A DNA stretch of 64,000 bases from Mustelus asterias (taxonomy: Eukaryota), in NCBI RefSeq assembly GCF_964213995.1, contig NW_027590139.1, positions 310,001-374,000 of the forward strand, in the 5' to 3' direction. The position numbers and the translations under genes are program-made. Each line of letters starts with the position of its first letter. The first letter of the stretch is position 1. Under the pieces are notes generated by a model. The model was not told the origin of the DNA, made no database searches, and worked only from the letters and a program-made list of their open reading frames with translations. This document shows, one piece after another, positions 52,989 to 63,750 of the stretch.

Positions 52989-53721
52989 CTTTCCATCCAC
53001 CTCCATCTCACCATGTTCTTCCACAGGTTGTGGATGATATGAGCATCTCCTGGGGATTCTGGTCTGGTCCTTTGTATTGTCCGACATTCCTGAATCTGAG
53101 ATCTTTTCATTCTAATGTCCTGGAGTTCAGCCCTGAGATTTGAGTTGCTGACCTGTCATATCAACTTCAGAGAGAGAAGGATGAACGGCCAGCATGCGAG
53201 TTCAGAAGACCTTCTCTGAATGGTTCCAGTTGAAAATTAAAGTTTCTTTCTGCTCGAATCTCTATTACTCATCATGTCTGCCGCCCCACGCAGCCAAGGG
53301 CCGACCCTCCCTCTCTCTTTTACTTTTACCTTCAGTGGTCTGACTCCCCATCTCAATGAACTTTCCCCAAGATCGGGAGGTCTCACGTTGGTCAGGGCGA
53401 CCGTTTCTTTTCTAACGCATGCTCTACTGAATCTGGGATTGAGTGATTGGATAATGTAGAGGGAGATTTGTATTGCATCACACCTATACCATACCTGTCC
53501 TATAATGTGACACCAGATTGTAGGGAGAGGTTTTAATTCTATCTGTGCTTAACCTATTGGACTTAATAACACGCTTTGCTGATAACCAGTAAACACACAC
53601 ACACACACACCACACACATACATTTTAGTTGTTATGAGTCTTTGCTGGTTGGGGCGATGAAAAGATTCTATTCACAACAAATTATTAATACAACTTTATG
53701 AAAGATGGAAGTATTCATATA

Positions 53722-54710
53722 AGAACAAACAACAAAGAACAATACAGCACAGGAACAGGCCCTTCGGCCCTCCAAGCCCGCGCCGCTCCCTGGTCCAAAC
53801 TAGACCATTCTTTTGTATCCCTCCATTCCCCCTCCGTTCATGTGGCTATCCGGATAAGTCTTAAACGCTCCCAGTGTGTCCGCCTCCACCACCTTGCCCG
53901 GCAGCGCATTCCAGGCCCCCACCACCCTCTGTGTAAAATACGGCCTTCTGATATCCGTGTTAAACCTCCCCCCCGCCCTCACCTTGAACCTATGACCCCT
54001 CGTGAACGTCACCACCGACCTGGGAAAAAGCTTCCCACCGTTCACCCTATCTATGCCTTTCATAATTTTATACACCTCTATTAGGTCACCCCTCATCCTC
54101 CGTCTTTCCAGTGAGAACAACCCCAGTTTACCCAATCTCTCCTCATAACTAAGCCTTTCCATACCAGGCAACATCCTGGTAAACCTCCTCTGTACTCTCT
54201 CTCAAGCCTCCACGTCCTTCTGGTAGTGTGGCGACCAGAACTGGACACAGTATTCCAAATGCGGCCGAACCAACGTTCTATACATCTGCAACATCAGACC
54301 CCAACTTTTATACTCTATGCCCCGTCCTTTAAAGGCAAGCATGCCATATGCCTTATTCACTACCTTCTCCACCTGTGACGTCACCTTCAAGGATCTGTGG
54401 ACTTGCACAACCAGGTCCCTCTGCGTATCTACACCCTTTATGGTTCTGCCATTTATCGTATAGCTCCCCCCTACTTTAGTTCTACCAAAATGCGTCACTT
54501 CGCATTCATCTGGATTGAACTCCATCTGCCATTTCTTTGCCCAAATTTCCAGCCTATCTATATCCTTCTGTAGCCTCTGACAATGTTTCTCACTATCTGC
54601 AAGTCCAGCCATTTTCGTGTCGTCCGCAAACTTACTGATCACCCCAGTTACACCTTCTTCTAGATCGTTTATATAAATCACAAACAGCAGAGGTCCCAAT
54701 ACAGAGCCCT
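53722..54710 (-). mobile_element. 5'-truncated CR1-type LINE
   Basis: [12 protein letters not shown]...FADDTK...LVRPHLEYCVQFWSP...FTQRVVGAWNALP on the minus strand. Confidence 0.92.
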
Positions 54711-55300
54711 ATATGAATAAAAGAAACACGCATTATGACACTGAATGCAACCTGAAACCATTAATCGCAGACGTTATGCAAATAAGCAACAGTTCCAAAT
54801 GGGAGAAGAAAGGATAAGAAGAGAGCAGTAATAATAAACCATCATTAATAATCATTCTATAAAATATCATGTCTCAATATTTGCATAGAAAGGAAGAGGC
54901 TTTCGACTGGATTCCACTGGATGGCGCTCCAGAACTTTAGATGTGGCCAAAAATATCCGATAGCATCAGTTTATTGGTACCACAGGTGACAGTTGGGATT
55001 GCAGGAAATATCGTTGCCTGGAGGCAACACTTCATACGACAGAGCATTTAAAGGAGGAGCTTGCATCCAAATTGCAGGCTTTATGATAAAGGAGATTTAG
55101 ACAGTGAACCTTCTTGTATTCATTCGTGTATTCAAAGTTCAAAGGATTTGATCAAACATGAGTTCATTCTTATTGTCAAGTCCGTGTGTGTGTGTGTGGA
55201 GAGAGGGTGGATGGTAAATCATCAGCTCGTTACACCAGCTGACACTCCAAGGAGTTCATCTTCAGATGCAGACGTTTGTTCAGCTATTAATTAAACTCAG

Positions 55301-55432
55301 ATGTGGAGATGCCGGCGTTGGACTGGGGTAAGCATCGTAAGAAGTCTCACAACACCAGGTTAAAGTCCAACAGGTTTATTTGCTACCAAATAAACCTGTT
55401 GGACTTCAACCTGGTTTTGTGAGACTTCTTAC
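55301..55432. mobile_element. Penelope-like hairpin insertion with 15-bp TSD
   Basis: Arms 55337-55381 and 55388-55432 are near-perfect inverted repeats. Flanks ATTAATTAAACTCAG (55286-300) and ATTGATTAAACTCAG (55433-47). Single-arm relative at ~43413-43515. Confidence 0.75.
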
Positions 55433-55614
55433 ATTGATTAAACTCAGGACAGAGCTAGCGACTGTATTAGTTATTTTTATTTTATACCTTGGTGCTTTGG
55501 CTTCAGTCATAATTGAATCAGAATACATAATTATTTTTTATGCAAGAACATACTTCAATGGTGGCTATCTTACCCAGCATTCACAGTGAATCAGAATATG
55601 ATCTATACTTACAA

Positions 55615-56250
55615 CAGACTTTGCGCATGCGTACTGTAGATCTAAAGTGCATGCGCAGTGGATGTTGCTGCCGCAGCAGCAGCAAGGGAGTTATATCGGC
55701 TCCGGGTTTCCAGGGAAACGGCTTATTCTGGAGGGTAATGCAGGCGGTGGGGTGGGTGGAGAGGGTTCATAAGCACCCAGTGGAGACAGGAGAACCCGAA
55801 TAATAACTGCTCAGTGCCGCGTTCCTACCATTCGAGTCCGCGACCGCAGATGCCGAGTTGGAGGCCCCGAGTTGACGGAGGCCATCTTTCTCGGGGCGAT
55901 GGGCAATAGTGCGCATGCGCGGTGCTCCCTGCCAGCAGGAGGAGAGAATGTTGTGAATTTCTCTCCTGGACTGACAGGGATGGACTTTGGAAACTCCTTT
56001 TACAGGGAGTTAGAAGGGGAGGATTTACACACAGAAAACTCAACCCAAGAGAAATGTTTCTCACTTAATTTCTATTCTTGACTGACAGTGATGATCTTTT
56101 TTTACAGGAAATTTGATGACAAAATTTGAAGGGAAACTCAAACCAGACATCAGATCAAAACCTGCCAGAGTCACTCCATTCATCAGAACCTGATTGTAAG
56201 TGTGTCTGTAGAAAAAGATTCAAACATCTGTGTGACTGGAAACAGGGAAC
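55615..56250 (+). promoter_or_regulatory. CpG-rich promoter-like region with NRF1-type motifs plus a partial paralog of the ZNF upstream sequence
   Basis: TGCGCATGCG at 55622 and 55910. 55950-56245 resembles 59420-59650 (ctgacagtgatga...ttttacagga...ctcaaac...gtgtgactggaaa). Confidence 0.45.
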
Positions 56251-56869
56251 GATAATGTCATGGAAGGATTTGCAAAAAAAGATGCAATGTTTTAAATTGA
56301 GTTGTTTAACCAGGAGCCTGTGTGGGTCAGTGTTTTAAAGTTTATTTATTAGTGTCACAAGTAGGCTTAGCCTACATTAACACAGCAAGTTGCTGTAAAA
56401 TTCCCCTAGTTGCCACACTCCGACACTTGTTCGGGTCAATGCACCTAACCAGCAAGCCTTTCTGACTGTGGGAGGAAACCCATGCAGACATGGGGAGAAC
56501 GTGCAGACTCCACACACACAGTCACCCAAGCCATGAATTGAACCCACTGTGACGCAGCAGTGCTAACCACTGCAGCCCCATGGTGAGGACATGGTGATGG
56601 GTGAGTGTGTGGGACTTGATGCAGAGGACAGAGGTTTATATACACCAAAGTTTTTCATGGGTTAAATGAGGGACACTGACAGTCAAGTCTAAAGAAAATA
56701 AAGGAATGAATGAAAGTTCTAGAAACCTCAGCTGAGACAGGGATTTAGCGAAACTCAAGTTGGTAATGAATAGATGTCCGGTCAAGTCAAGAGGGGATGC
56801 ATGAAATTTTCAGAAACAATACTAATATTCTGATGCAGCGAATGGTAATGACCTGAAACTCTACGTTCT

Positions 56870-57992
56870 AAAAAACTCAATCAAATTTGTGAGACATGAT
56901 TTTCCACTCACAAAGCTATGCTGTCCCTAATCAGTCCTTGCGACTTTAAAAGCCTGTAGATCCTGTCTCTCAAAATACCTTCGAGCAACTTACCCACTAC
57001 AGATGTGAGGCTCACCCACCGGCTTGTAGTTCCCAGGCTTTTCCCTGCAGCCCTTCTTAAACAAAGGCACAACATTTGCCACCCTCCAATCTTCAGGCAC
57101 CTCACCTGTGACTATCGATGATTCAAATATCTCTGCTAGGGGACCCACAATTTCCTCCCTAGCCTTCCAAAATGTCCTGGGATACACTTCATCAGGTCCC
57201 AGGGAATTATCTCCCATGATGCACTTTAAGACTTCCAGCACCACCTTCTCTGTTATATGTACACTCCTCAAGACATCACTATTCATTTCCCCAAGTTCCC
57301 TAACATCCATGCTTTTCTCACCAATGGATTTCTCAAAGGATTGTGAATGAAGTCCAGTCCATTGCGCAAACCTGCCTCCCATCCATTGACTCTGTACACA
57401 TCTGGCTGCCTCAGAAAAGCAGCCAGCATAATCAACCCTCACACCCCGGACGTTCACTCTTCCACCTATTTCCGTTGGGGAAATGAAACAAAAGTCTGAG
57501 CTCACGTGCCAACCAACTCAAGAACAGCTTCTTCCCTGTTGCCGTCAGACTTTTGAATGGACCTACCCCGCACTAAGTTGATCTTTCTGTCCACCTGAGC
57601 TATGACTGTAACACTACATCCTTCACTCTCTCCTTTCCTTCTCTATGAACTGTATGCTTTGTCTTGATAGTGTGCAAGAAACATTTCTTTTCACTGTATA
57701 CTAATACATGTGACAATAATAAATCAAATCAAGTGCATCCTTGGATCTTGTGGGAGTTTGGGGAACTTGGGGAAGAAATTGCAGAGGGCCTTGCAGAAGT
57801 ATTTGCTTCATCCCTTTCCACTGGCAAAGTTCTGGAAGACTAGAGTGTGACTAATGTTGTTCCATTGTTTAAGAAGGGTTGCAAAGAGAAGCCTGGTAAT
57901 TACAGGCCGGTGAACCTGACAACAGTGGCGGGTAAGTTACTGGAGAGGATTCTGGCCAACCTTTGGATAGTCAAGGTCCGGTTAGGGATAGT
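56870..57992. mobile_element. Composite: CR1 fragment (-, 56870-57325), Rex1/Babar-like 3' end (+, 57340-57731), CR1 fragment (+, 57733-57992)
   Basis: PEDWRVANVVPLFKKG...PGNY appears on both strands either side of a LINE tail ending AATCAAATCAA. Confidence 0.7.
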
Positions 57993-58589
57993 TGTCAGAG
58001 ATCCTGGGTACCAGCAACTTTAGGCATTCTTAGTCGACTTGAGTACAAACAGCACTGGACACCACGCACAATCCAATGTGGGGCCTTTAATGACTTGTGC
58101 ACAAGGAGAAACCCTGTGCAGCTGTCCCGCAAGTGGTTCTGATGTTACAGAAAAATAACTTGGCAATAATAGTCAATTACAGCAAATCAGAAACCAGGAA
58201 TTTTTCTAATCCTTCATTGACGGACATATTCGCCAATTAAATCCTAGCTTTTCGCCCTTTCGCGTTCAAAATTGACTTCTGCTAATCTTTTATTTGCATA
58301 GCATATCCCCATATCTCGCCTTTGGTATTTGTTATGGAGAAATCTGGTCTTGCTCACCCTCTGGTGAAGGCCGAAAAGCAGAATGTTCTGGGGCCTACGT
58401 CGGTGAAGATTAGCCTGTTCATGCTGAAATAGCAGACACTGACTCCTTTGAAGGTCTGCAAGTCGATAAACATTTTCACTCGCTGTTAAAGAGAAGGCAG
58501 GAAACTTCAATCTAAGCATTTCCACACAGTCAGCCCTGCTTCGTGCATGTGTTAGAGTGGGCCAACGCTGAGGCAGCTGTCCTATATAT

Positions 58590-58780
58590 ATTTATAGAGA
58601 GAGAATAGACTAACATTTCGAGTTTGGATGACCCTTTGTCAGAACTCTGATGAAGGGTCATCCAGACTTTAAACGTTGGCTCTATTCTCTCTCCACAGAT
58701 GCTGTCAGACCTGCTGACATTTTCCAGCATTTTCTGTTTTTGTTTCAGATTCCAGCATCCGCAATATTTTGCTTTTATAT
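58590..58780. mobile_element. Penelope-like inverted terminal repeat pair with hammerhead-like relics
   Basis: TTTCGAGTTTGGATGACCCTTTGTCAG is followed by its near reverse complement CTGATGAAGGGTCATCCAGACTTTAAA; same family as 19840-20050, 26820-26936 and 28179-28275. Confidence 0.7.
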
Positions 58781-59774
58781 ATATTTATATATCCAAATGT
58801 GCTATGTTAACAAAATGGGCAGTTACTAACCGAAATATAAAGCATCATGTGATTTAGCTGACTTGACCATATTCCTATAGTTATTCAGTCATTAAAGACA
58901 CAGTCATGGAGCATTAAACTTGCCGAGCAGGGCCCCTCGTATCAGCACACAGGCAGCTGCTTTGTGAGACTGCGAGCAGAACAGACAAGTCAGAGATAAG
59001 GGTGTCCTGAGAAGAGGGATTCATTGTGAAGGCTCAGGGACGGTTGATAAGATGTATTAATTCTATGATTCTCATGAACATTTTTTCCTCTCTCATTCCC
59101 AAAAGCTGTAAATCTCCATCCCACACACTCTCCCTCCATTCTCACTCTGCTGTATCTAATATTCACCCTCCCAATTCTCCTGAAGGTGCTGATTGAGGCT
59201 GATTGACAGATCCACGCTCACTGCTTCATGTCCACGACTCAGAAATCATAACAGGAGCTGCAGTTGGCCATTCAGCCCATCGAACTGCCTCAACCATTCA
59301 TTGAGAATTGGCTGATCTACCGCAGCATCATTTCCCACGCTATCCCCCAGATAGAGAGAGAATAGAGCCAATGTTTCGAGTCTGGAGAGAGGAAGGAATG
59401 TTCCGTAGAAACTAGAATTGTCTGTTCTGAATCTCTATCCTGCACTGACACTGATGACCTCTGTAAACTTGTTTTACAGGATACTGAAAGAGGAATCACA
59501 GGCCGAAATCTCAAACATCACATCTAGATCTGACAGAGTCATGTTCCTTGGGACCTGAATATCATCGGCCTTTGTATCTTGAAGGAGAAATTGTTGTCTG
59601 GTCTGTCAGTTTGAAAAGATTTCCAACATCAGTGTGACTGGAAAAGCACCAACACACTGTCACACTCGAGTGAGAGTCTTCCAGTTCACAGACTCAAGAG
59701 CTTTAACCAGTTACACAGACTGAATAAATATCACACCATTCACAGCGGGGAGAGACTGGACACGTGTTCTGTGT

Positions 59775-60242
59775 GTGGACGAGGCTTCAACTGATTGTCC
59801 ACCCAAGAGAGAGGCAAGGACACCTGCACCATGGAAATGTGCGGACTGTGGGAAGGGACACGGAGCCCCTTCAGAGCTGGAAGTTCATCGGCGCAGCCAC
59901 ACTGGGGAGAAGCCATTCACCTGCTCTCAGTGTGAGAAGGGATTCAGTCAGTTATCCAACCTGCAGAGACACCAGCGAGTTCACACTGGGGAGAGGCCGT
60001 TCACCTGCTCTCAGTGTGGGAAGGGGTTCAGTCAATTATCTGACCTGCAGATACACCAGCGAGTTCACACTGGGGAGAGGCCGTTCACCTGCTCTCAGTG
60101 TGGGAAGGGATTCAAAGTTTCATCCCGGCTGCTGAGACACCAGCGAGTTCACACTGGGGAGAGACCGTTCTCCTGCTCTGCGTGTGAGAAGATATTCAGT
60201 CTTTCATCCCATCTGTTGAGACACCAAAAAGTTCACGAGTGA
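59775..60242 (+). CDS. Five-finger C2H2 zinc-finger ORF (no KRAB seen; start uncertain, possibly pseudogene)
   Basis: Five CxxC-12-HxxxH units joined by TGE(K/R)PF linkers. No in-frame ATG in the ORF. Degenerate finger remnants upstream (~59590-59780). Confidence 0.8.
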   Translation: MDEASTDCPPKREARTPAPWKCADCGKGHGAPSELEVHRRSHTGEKPFTCSQCEKGFSQLSNLQRHQRVHTGERPFTCSQCGKGFSQLSDLQIHQRVHTGERPFTCSQCGKGFKVSSRLLRHQRVHTGERPFSCSACEKIFSLSSHLLRHQKVHE

Positions 60243-60499
60243 TTCCAGGGGTTGGATTCTGCTGTTATTGTTTCTGCTCTCAATTACATCCAGGACTGCA
60301 TTTTGTTCATTCTCACAGTTGGTCAATGGGGAGGGTCGGGGGGTTTCTTTCTGCTGGACTGGCCGGTCTCACGACTTTGTCTCCAGTGGCTGATGCTCTT
60401 TGAGTCTTGTTGCGAATACCTGGTTTCAGATTTCACACGGATCACAGAGTGACAGAGTGTGAGGAAGTTCAGAGTCACTATTTCTGTTTGAAACCTCCC

Positions 60500-60785
60500 A
60501 ATGCCCATCCAATTTCCTTTGTAATTGTTTATTGTCTCCACTTCCTCCACCCTCGTAGGCAGCGAGTTCCAGGTCATTACCATTCGCTGCATCAAAATAT
60601 TCTTCCTCACATCCCTCCTGCATCTCTGACCCAAAACCATAAATCTGTGTCCCCCTCGTCCTTGTCCCATCAGCTAATGGGAACAGCTTTTCTTTGTCCA
60701 CCTTATCTAAACCTGTCAGAATCTTGTCCACCTCTATCAAATCTCCCCTTAACCTCCGTTGCTCCAAGGGGAACAACCCCAGCCT
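60500..60785 (-). mobile_element. CR1-type ORF2 C-terminal fragment
   Basis: LGLFPLEQRRLRGDLIEV...EKLFPLA...TRTRG. Confidence 0.8.
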
Positions 60786-61559
60786 GACATTGACAATAAA
60801 GAACAAACCAGCAGAATATGTTAATACCTGAAATCAAATGGGAATGTTTAATTTCTGTTTTAAAGAAATCATGAATATATTGTCACGTAGAATAAAGGGA
60901 TTTGAATAACTCAGCTTGAGTGCAGTTGAATGAAATGTACCAATCTCGTATCCACCCACAGTCGAGAGGAAGTGTGGAATGTGTCGCTGGAAATCCCTCC
61001 CTAACAGCACTGTGGGTGTACTTACACCTGAGGCATGATAGCAGTTCAGGAAGGAAGTGTTGGGGTTGACCATGTCCGAGGCAGCTACATACAGCCACAT
61101 ATTCTGTTAGAATTGACGGACAGCAGATTGAATGTGAGGCATTGTGGGACATGACTATCTTGACCACATTCCTGTGACTGCTCAGTTTCTGCAATCATGA
61201 ACCATTAAAGCTGCTTAGCAGGGCCCCAACAGAGGACCTGGTGAGAATATTTACTCAGAATGAGTTAGAATTAAACTTATTCCAGGACCGGCTGGTGTTC
61301 AGTGGCTGAGATTCCTGAATCTGTAAAAAGGGGGTCTGACCAATCAACAAACAGTGGTCAGTAGTTAGTTAAGAAGCGTTCTCATCCATTGTTTAAATTA
61401 TTTTATCATAAATTTGTGATCAGAACTGTGAGGGACTTGTAACCCAATAGTTGTTGAATTGACGGTAAACTCCAAGTAGCACTGGACTGAAAAGGGGGTC
61501 TGACCAAGAAGTGAAGTGATCTCAGGCATTGTTTAAATTACATCATCATTGGCCAACTT

Positions 61560-61830
61560 CCCCTTTGTGATGTCACAATGGAGTCCTGCCTGAATCAGCC
61601 AATAGGAATCACTGTGCTCCGCAGTGCGCAGGCCCGGGCGCGCGGACCCAGGAGCCCCGCCCCCACCCATTGTTCCCCTCCCCCTACACCACATCGAGCC
61701 AAGGTTTCCAGGCAACCGGCTGGCGGCTCCGGCCAGAGCGAGAAGCTGCTCGGTGATCTCCCCCTCCCCCCGGCCCGGGACTGCGCATGTCCAAGGGAGG
61801 GGGAAGCTGCGCATTGCAGGGCAGATCCCA
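61560..61830. promoter_or_regulatory. CpG-rich promoter-like patch (CCAAT box, GC box, TGCGCATG)
   Basis: AGCCAATAG at ~61597, CCCCGCCC at ~61655, TGCGCATG at ~61782. Associated gene not identified. Confidence 0.35.
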
Positions 61831-61983
61831 CCCCCTGACCTTCTGAGGTGTTGATTAATAGGAAGAGTTGGAGGACCGGAAGGACTCTGGTCCTCCAGCT
61901 GATCAGAGCGCGGGCTTTGTGTGAATGAAGATTGAGCTTCAGACAGACTGAAACTTCCTCCTGTCTCCAACATCAGAGAGGTT

Positions 61984-62056
61984 GTTTCTGTAGTGAAGTG
62001 GTTGTCACATTTGCCTGACACAAGAAAGGTCCCCGGCTCGAAACCGGGCAGAAATG
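61984..62056 (+). pseudogene. tRNA-Val-derived gene with GAC anticodon, probably a pseudogene
   Basis: Colinear with vertebrate tRNA-Val (GTTTCCGTAGTGTAGTGG...GGTTCGAAACCGGGCGGAAAC). Anticodon GAC at 62017-19; anticodon-stem mismatches; T54>C in the B box. Confidence 0.8.
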
Positions 62057-62111
62057 TTAATTTGGTCATTCCAGCATCTGAAAGTGGGAAGGGGGAGGAA
62101 GGTGAGCTGTT

Positions 62112-62272
62112 GCCTGCCTGCCTGCTGTCGTCTGGCCTGCCTGCCTGTCGTCTGGCCTGCCTGCCTGTCGTCTGGCCTGCCTGCCTGTCGTCTGGCCTGC
62201 CTGCCTGCCTGTTTTCTGGCCGGCCTGCCTGCCGTCTGGCCTGCCTGCCTGCCGTCTGGCCTACCTGCCTGC
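62112..62272 (+). repeat. (GCCT)-based ~21-bp minisatellite
   Basis: GCCTGCCTGCCTGTCGTCTG repeated about 7 times. Confidence 0.9.
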
Positions 62273-62829
62273 CATCCGTCCATCCACTGGAGGGTGCTCT
62301 CTCCCTGGAGGGAGAGAGGACACGGAGTGACTTTCTTTCTTTTTTCTTTCCATCTATGGGAGGGAGGACTGCACGTTTCAACATCTAGGGACTGAGTGGT
62401 TGGGCTGGTGCCCTCATCATCAGAAGGTCGGTGCCTGAAAGGGATGGGGGGGGGGGGGGTGAAGTAAATTCAGACTGTTTTTTCCATCTGCAGTGGGGGG
62501 GCGGGGGGGGGGGGGGTGATGAAGACACCCCGGACTTGAACTGTTTGCACCCGAAAGGGCTGGAGGAGTAAAGTCCCCCACCCACTGCTGCTGCCCCCAA
62601 CACTGACACCCCCTCCCCTCTTTCCCCCTGACTGGGGCACCGGCCCCCCTCCGTGCCTTGTCCCTCGTGCTCCCTCCTGCTCCTCCAACCTCTTCTCTCC
62701 TCTCTCGCTCCGGGGAGAGAGCACCTAGACCCCCATCCACCTACCCTATCCTCCCTTATTTTTCCCTCTTATACGCCCTGCCGTGCATCTGGGCAGTCTC
62801 GGGGTGGGCATAGCACTCCCTTGATTACT

Positions 62830-63160
62830 ATGGAGGCGTCGCCGGTGGCAGAGCCTTCTCGGCCCACCTATGTGGGCGTGGCAGCTGCCAGAGCCCCCGC
62901 CGCTCCCAAGACCCTGCCACCTTTTTCGTTGCTCACACGGCAGCTCGGTGTAAAGTGCTATGCCCACCCCGACATGTCCATCGAGGCCTGTGTTAAGGCA
63001 ATGGCTGGGGTTGTCGGCCCCTGAGCCATTGTCGCGGCCTCTGAGATGTACGGCCGGGCCGTATTCTTCTTGAAGGCTGTGCAGGCGGTCCACCTCGCCC
63101 TGGAGAGGGGGCTCACGGTGGGCGGGACGTTCCTGGCGGTGGACCCTTTGGAGGTGGTCC
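62830..63160 (+). mobile_element. Tx1/L1-clade non-LTR retrotransposon ORF1 N-terminal fragment
   Basis: LLTRQLGVKC...MSIEACVKAMAGVVGP*AIVAASEMYGRAVFFLK...LERGLTVGGTFLAVDPLE fits the recalled Tx1 ORF1 pattern. In-frame TGA at 63022; truncated. Confidence 0.7.
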
Positions 63161-63207
63161 ATGGTGGTCCATGTATAAATTAGTGTTTTAAATAATTCGC
63201 ATTAACT

Positions 63208-63279
63208 CCCCTGATGGTCTAGTGGTTAGGATTCGGCGCTCTCACCGCTGCGGCCCGGGTTTGATTCCCGGTCAGGGAA
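63208..63279 (+). tRNA. tRNA-Glu(CTC), near-canonical, possibly inactive
   Basis: Matches vertebrate tRNA-Glu-CTC over 72 nt, anticodon at 63241-43. Has a C1:A72 mismatch and C56>T in the T loop/B box. Confidence 0.85.
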
Positions 63280-63724
63280 TGTCGATTTATTGCTATACCC
63301 TGAACAACAATCCCGTGTTACTTCCGGGTCAGCACCAGTTCTATCGCAATTAGTATCAGTCTGAATTGGAAATGTCACATGTCAAGAATTTTTAAAAACC
63401 GATGGGCTGGAAAGCGCTGACGATAGAGATGGTGATGCGGGGTAGAATTTGGCTGATAATGGGGTGGATTTCATTGTTTCCACTGATACAAATATCGTGC
63501 AGATCTGGGTCCAAATCTCGGGCTCAGTGACAAGAAAACCTTTAACTGAATTAAACAGCAAACTTTCTGACCTCCAGTGAAATGGAGGCAGTTTTCACTC
63601 AGAAACCAGTAACGGTGAGATTAACAGCGCGGGATGGAGAAGGCCTCAGTTTCAATGGTGAGACTGCGGGTGGAATGGCGAGCTGAAGTTCAACCAGAAA
63701 TGCAGCAAAGTTTAAAAACAATCG

Positions 63725-63750
63725 CGCTCAACGTGGGGTTGGAACCCACG
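63725..63750 (-). pseudogene. 3' fragment of tRNA-Lys(CTT)
   Basis: Reverse complement CGTGGGTTCCAACCCCACGTTGAGCG resembles the T arm and acceptor of tRNA-Lys-CTT. Confidence 0.5.

Noticed and set aside
58292-58299. Isolated octamer ATTTGCAT (and a lone kB-like site at 28789-98)
   Set aside because: Single motifs at chance frequency with no supporting context.
61533-62384. 283-aa minus-strand ORF with QAGR repeats
   Set aside because: Runs antisense through the GCCT minisatellite, the tRNA-Val pseudogene and GC-rich DNA.
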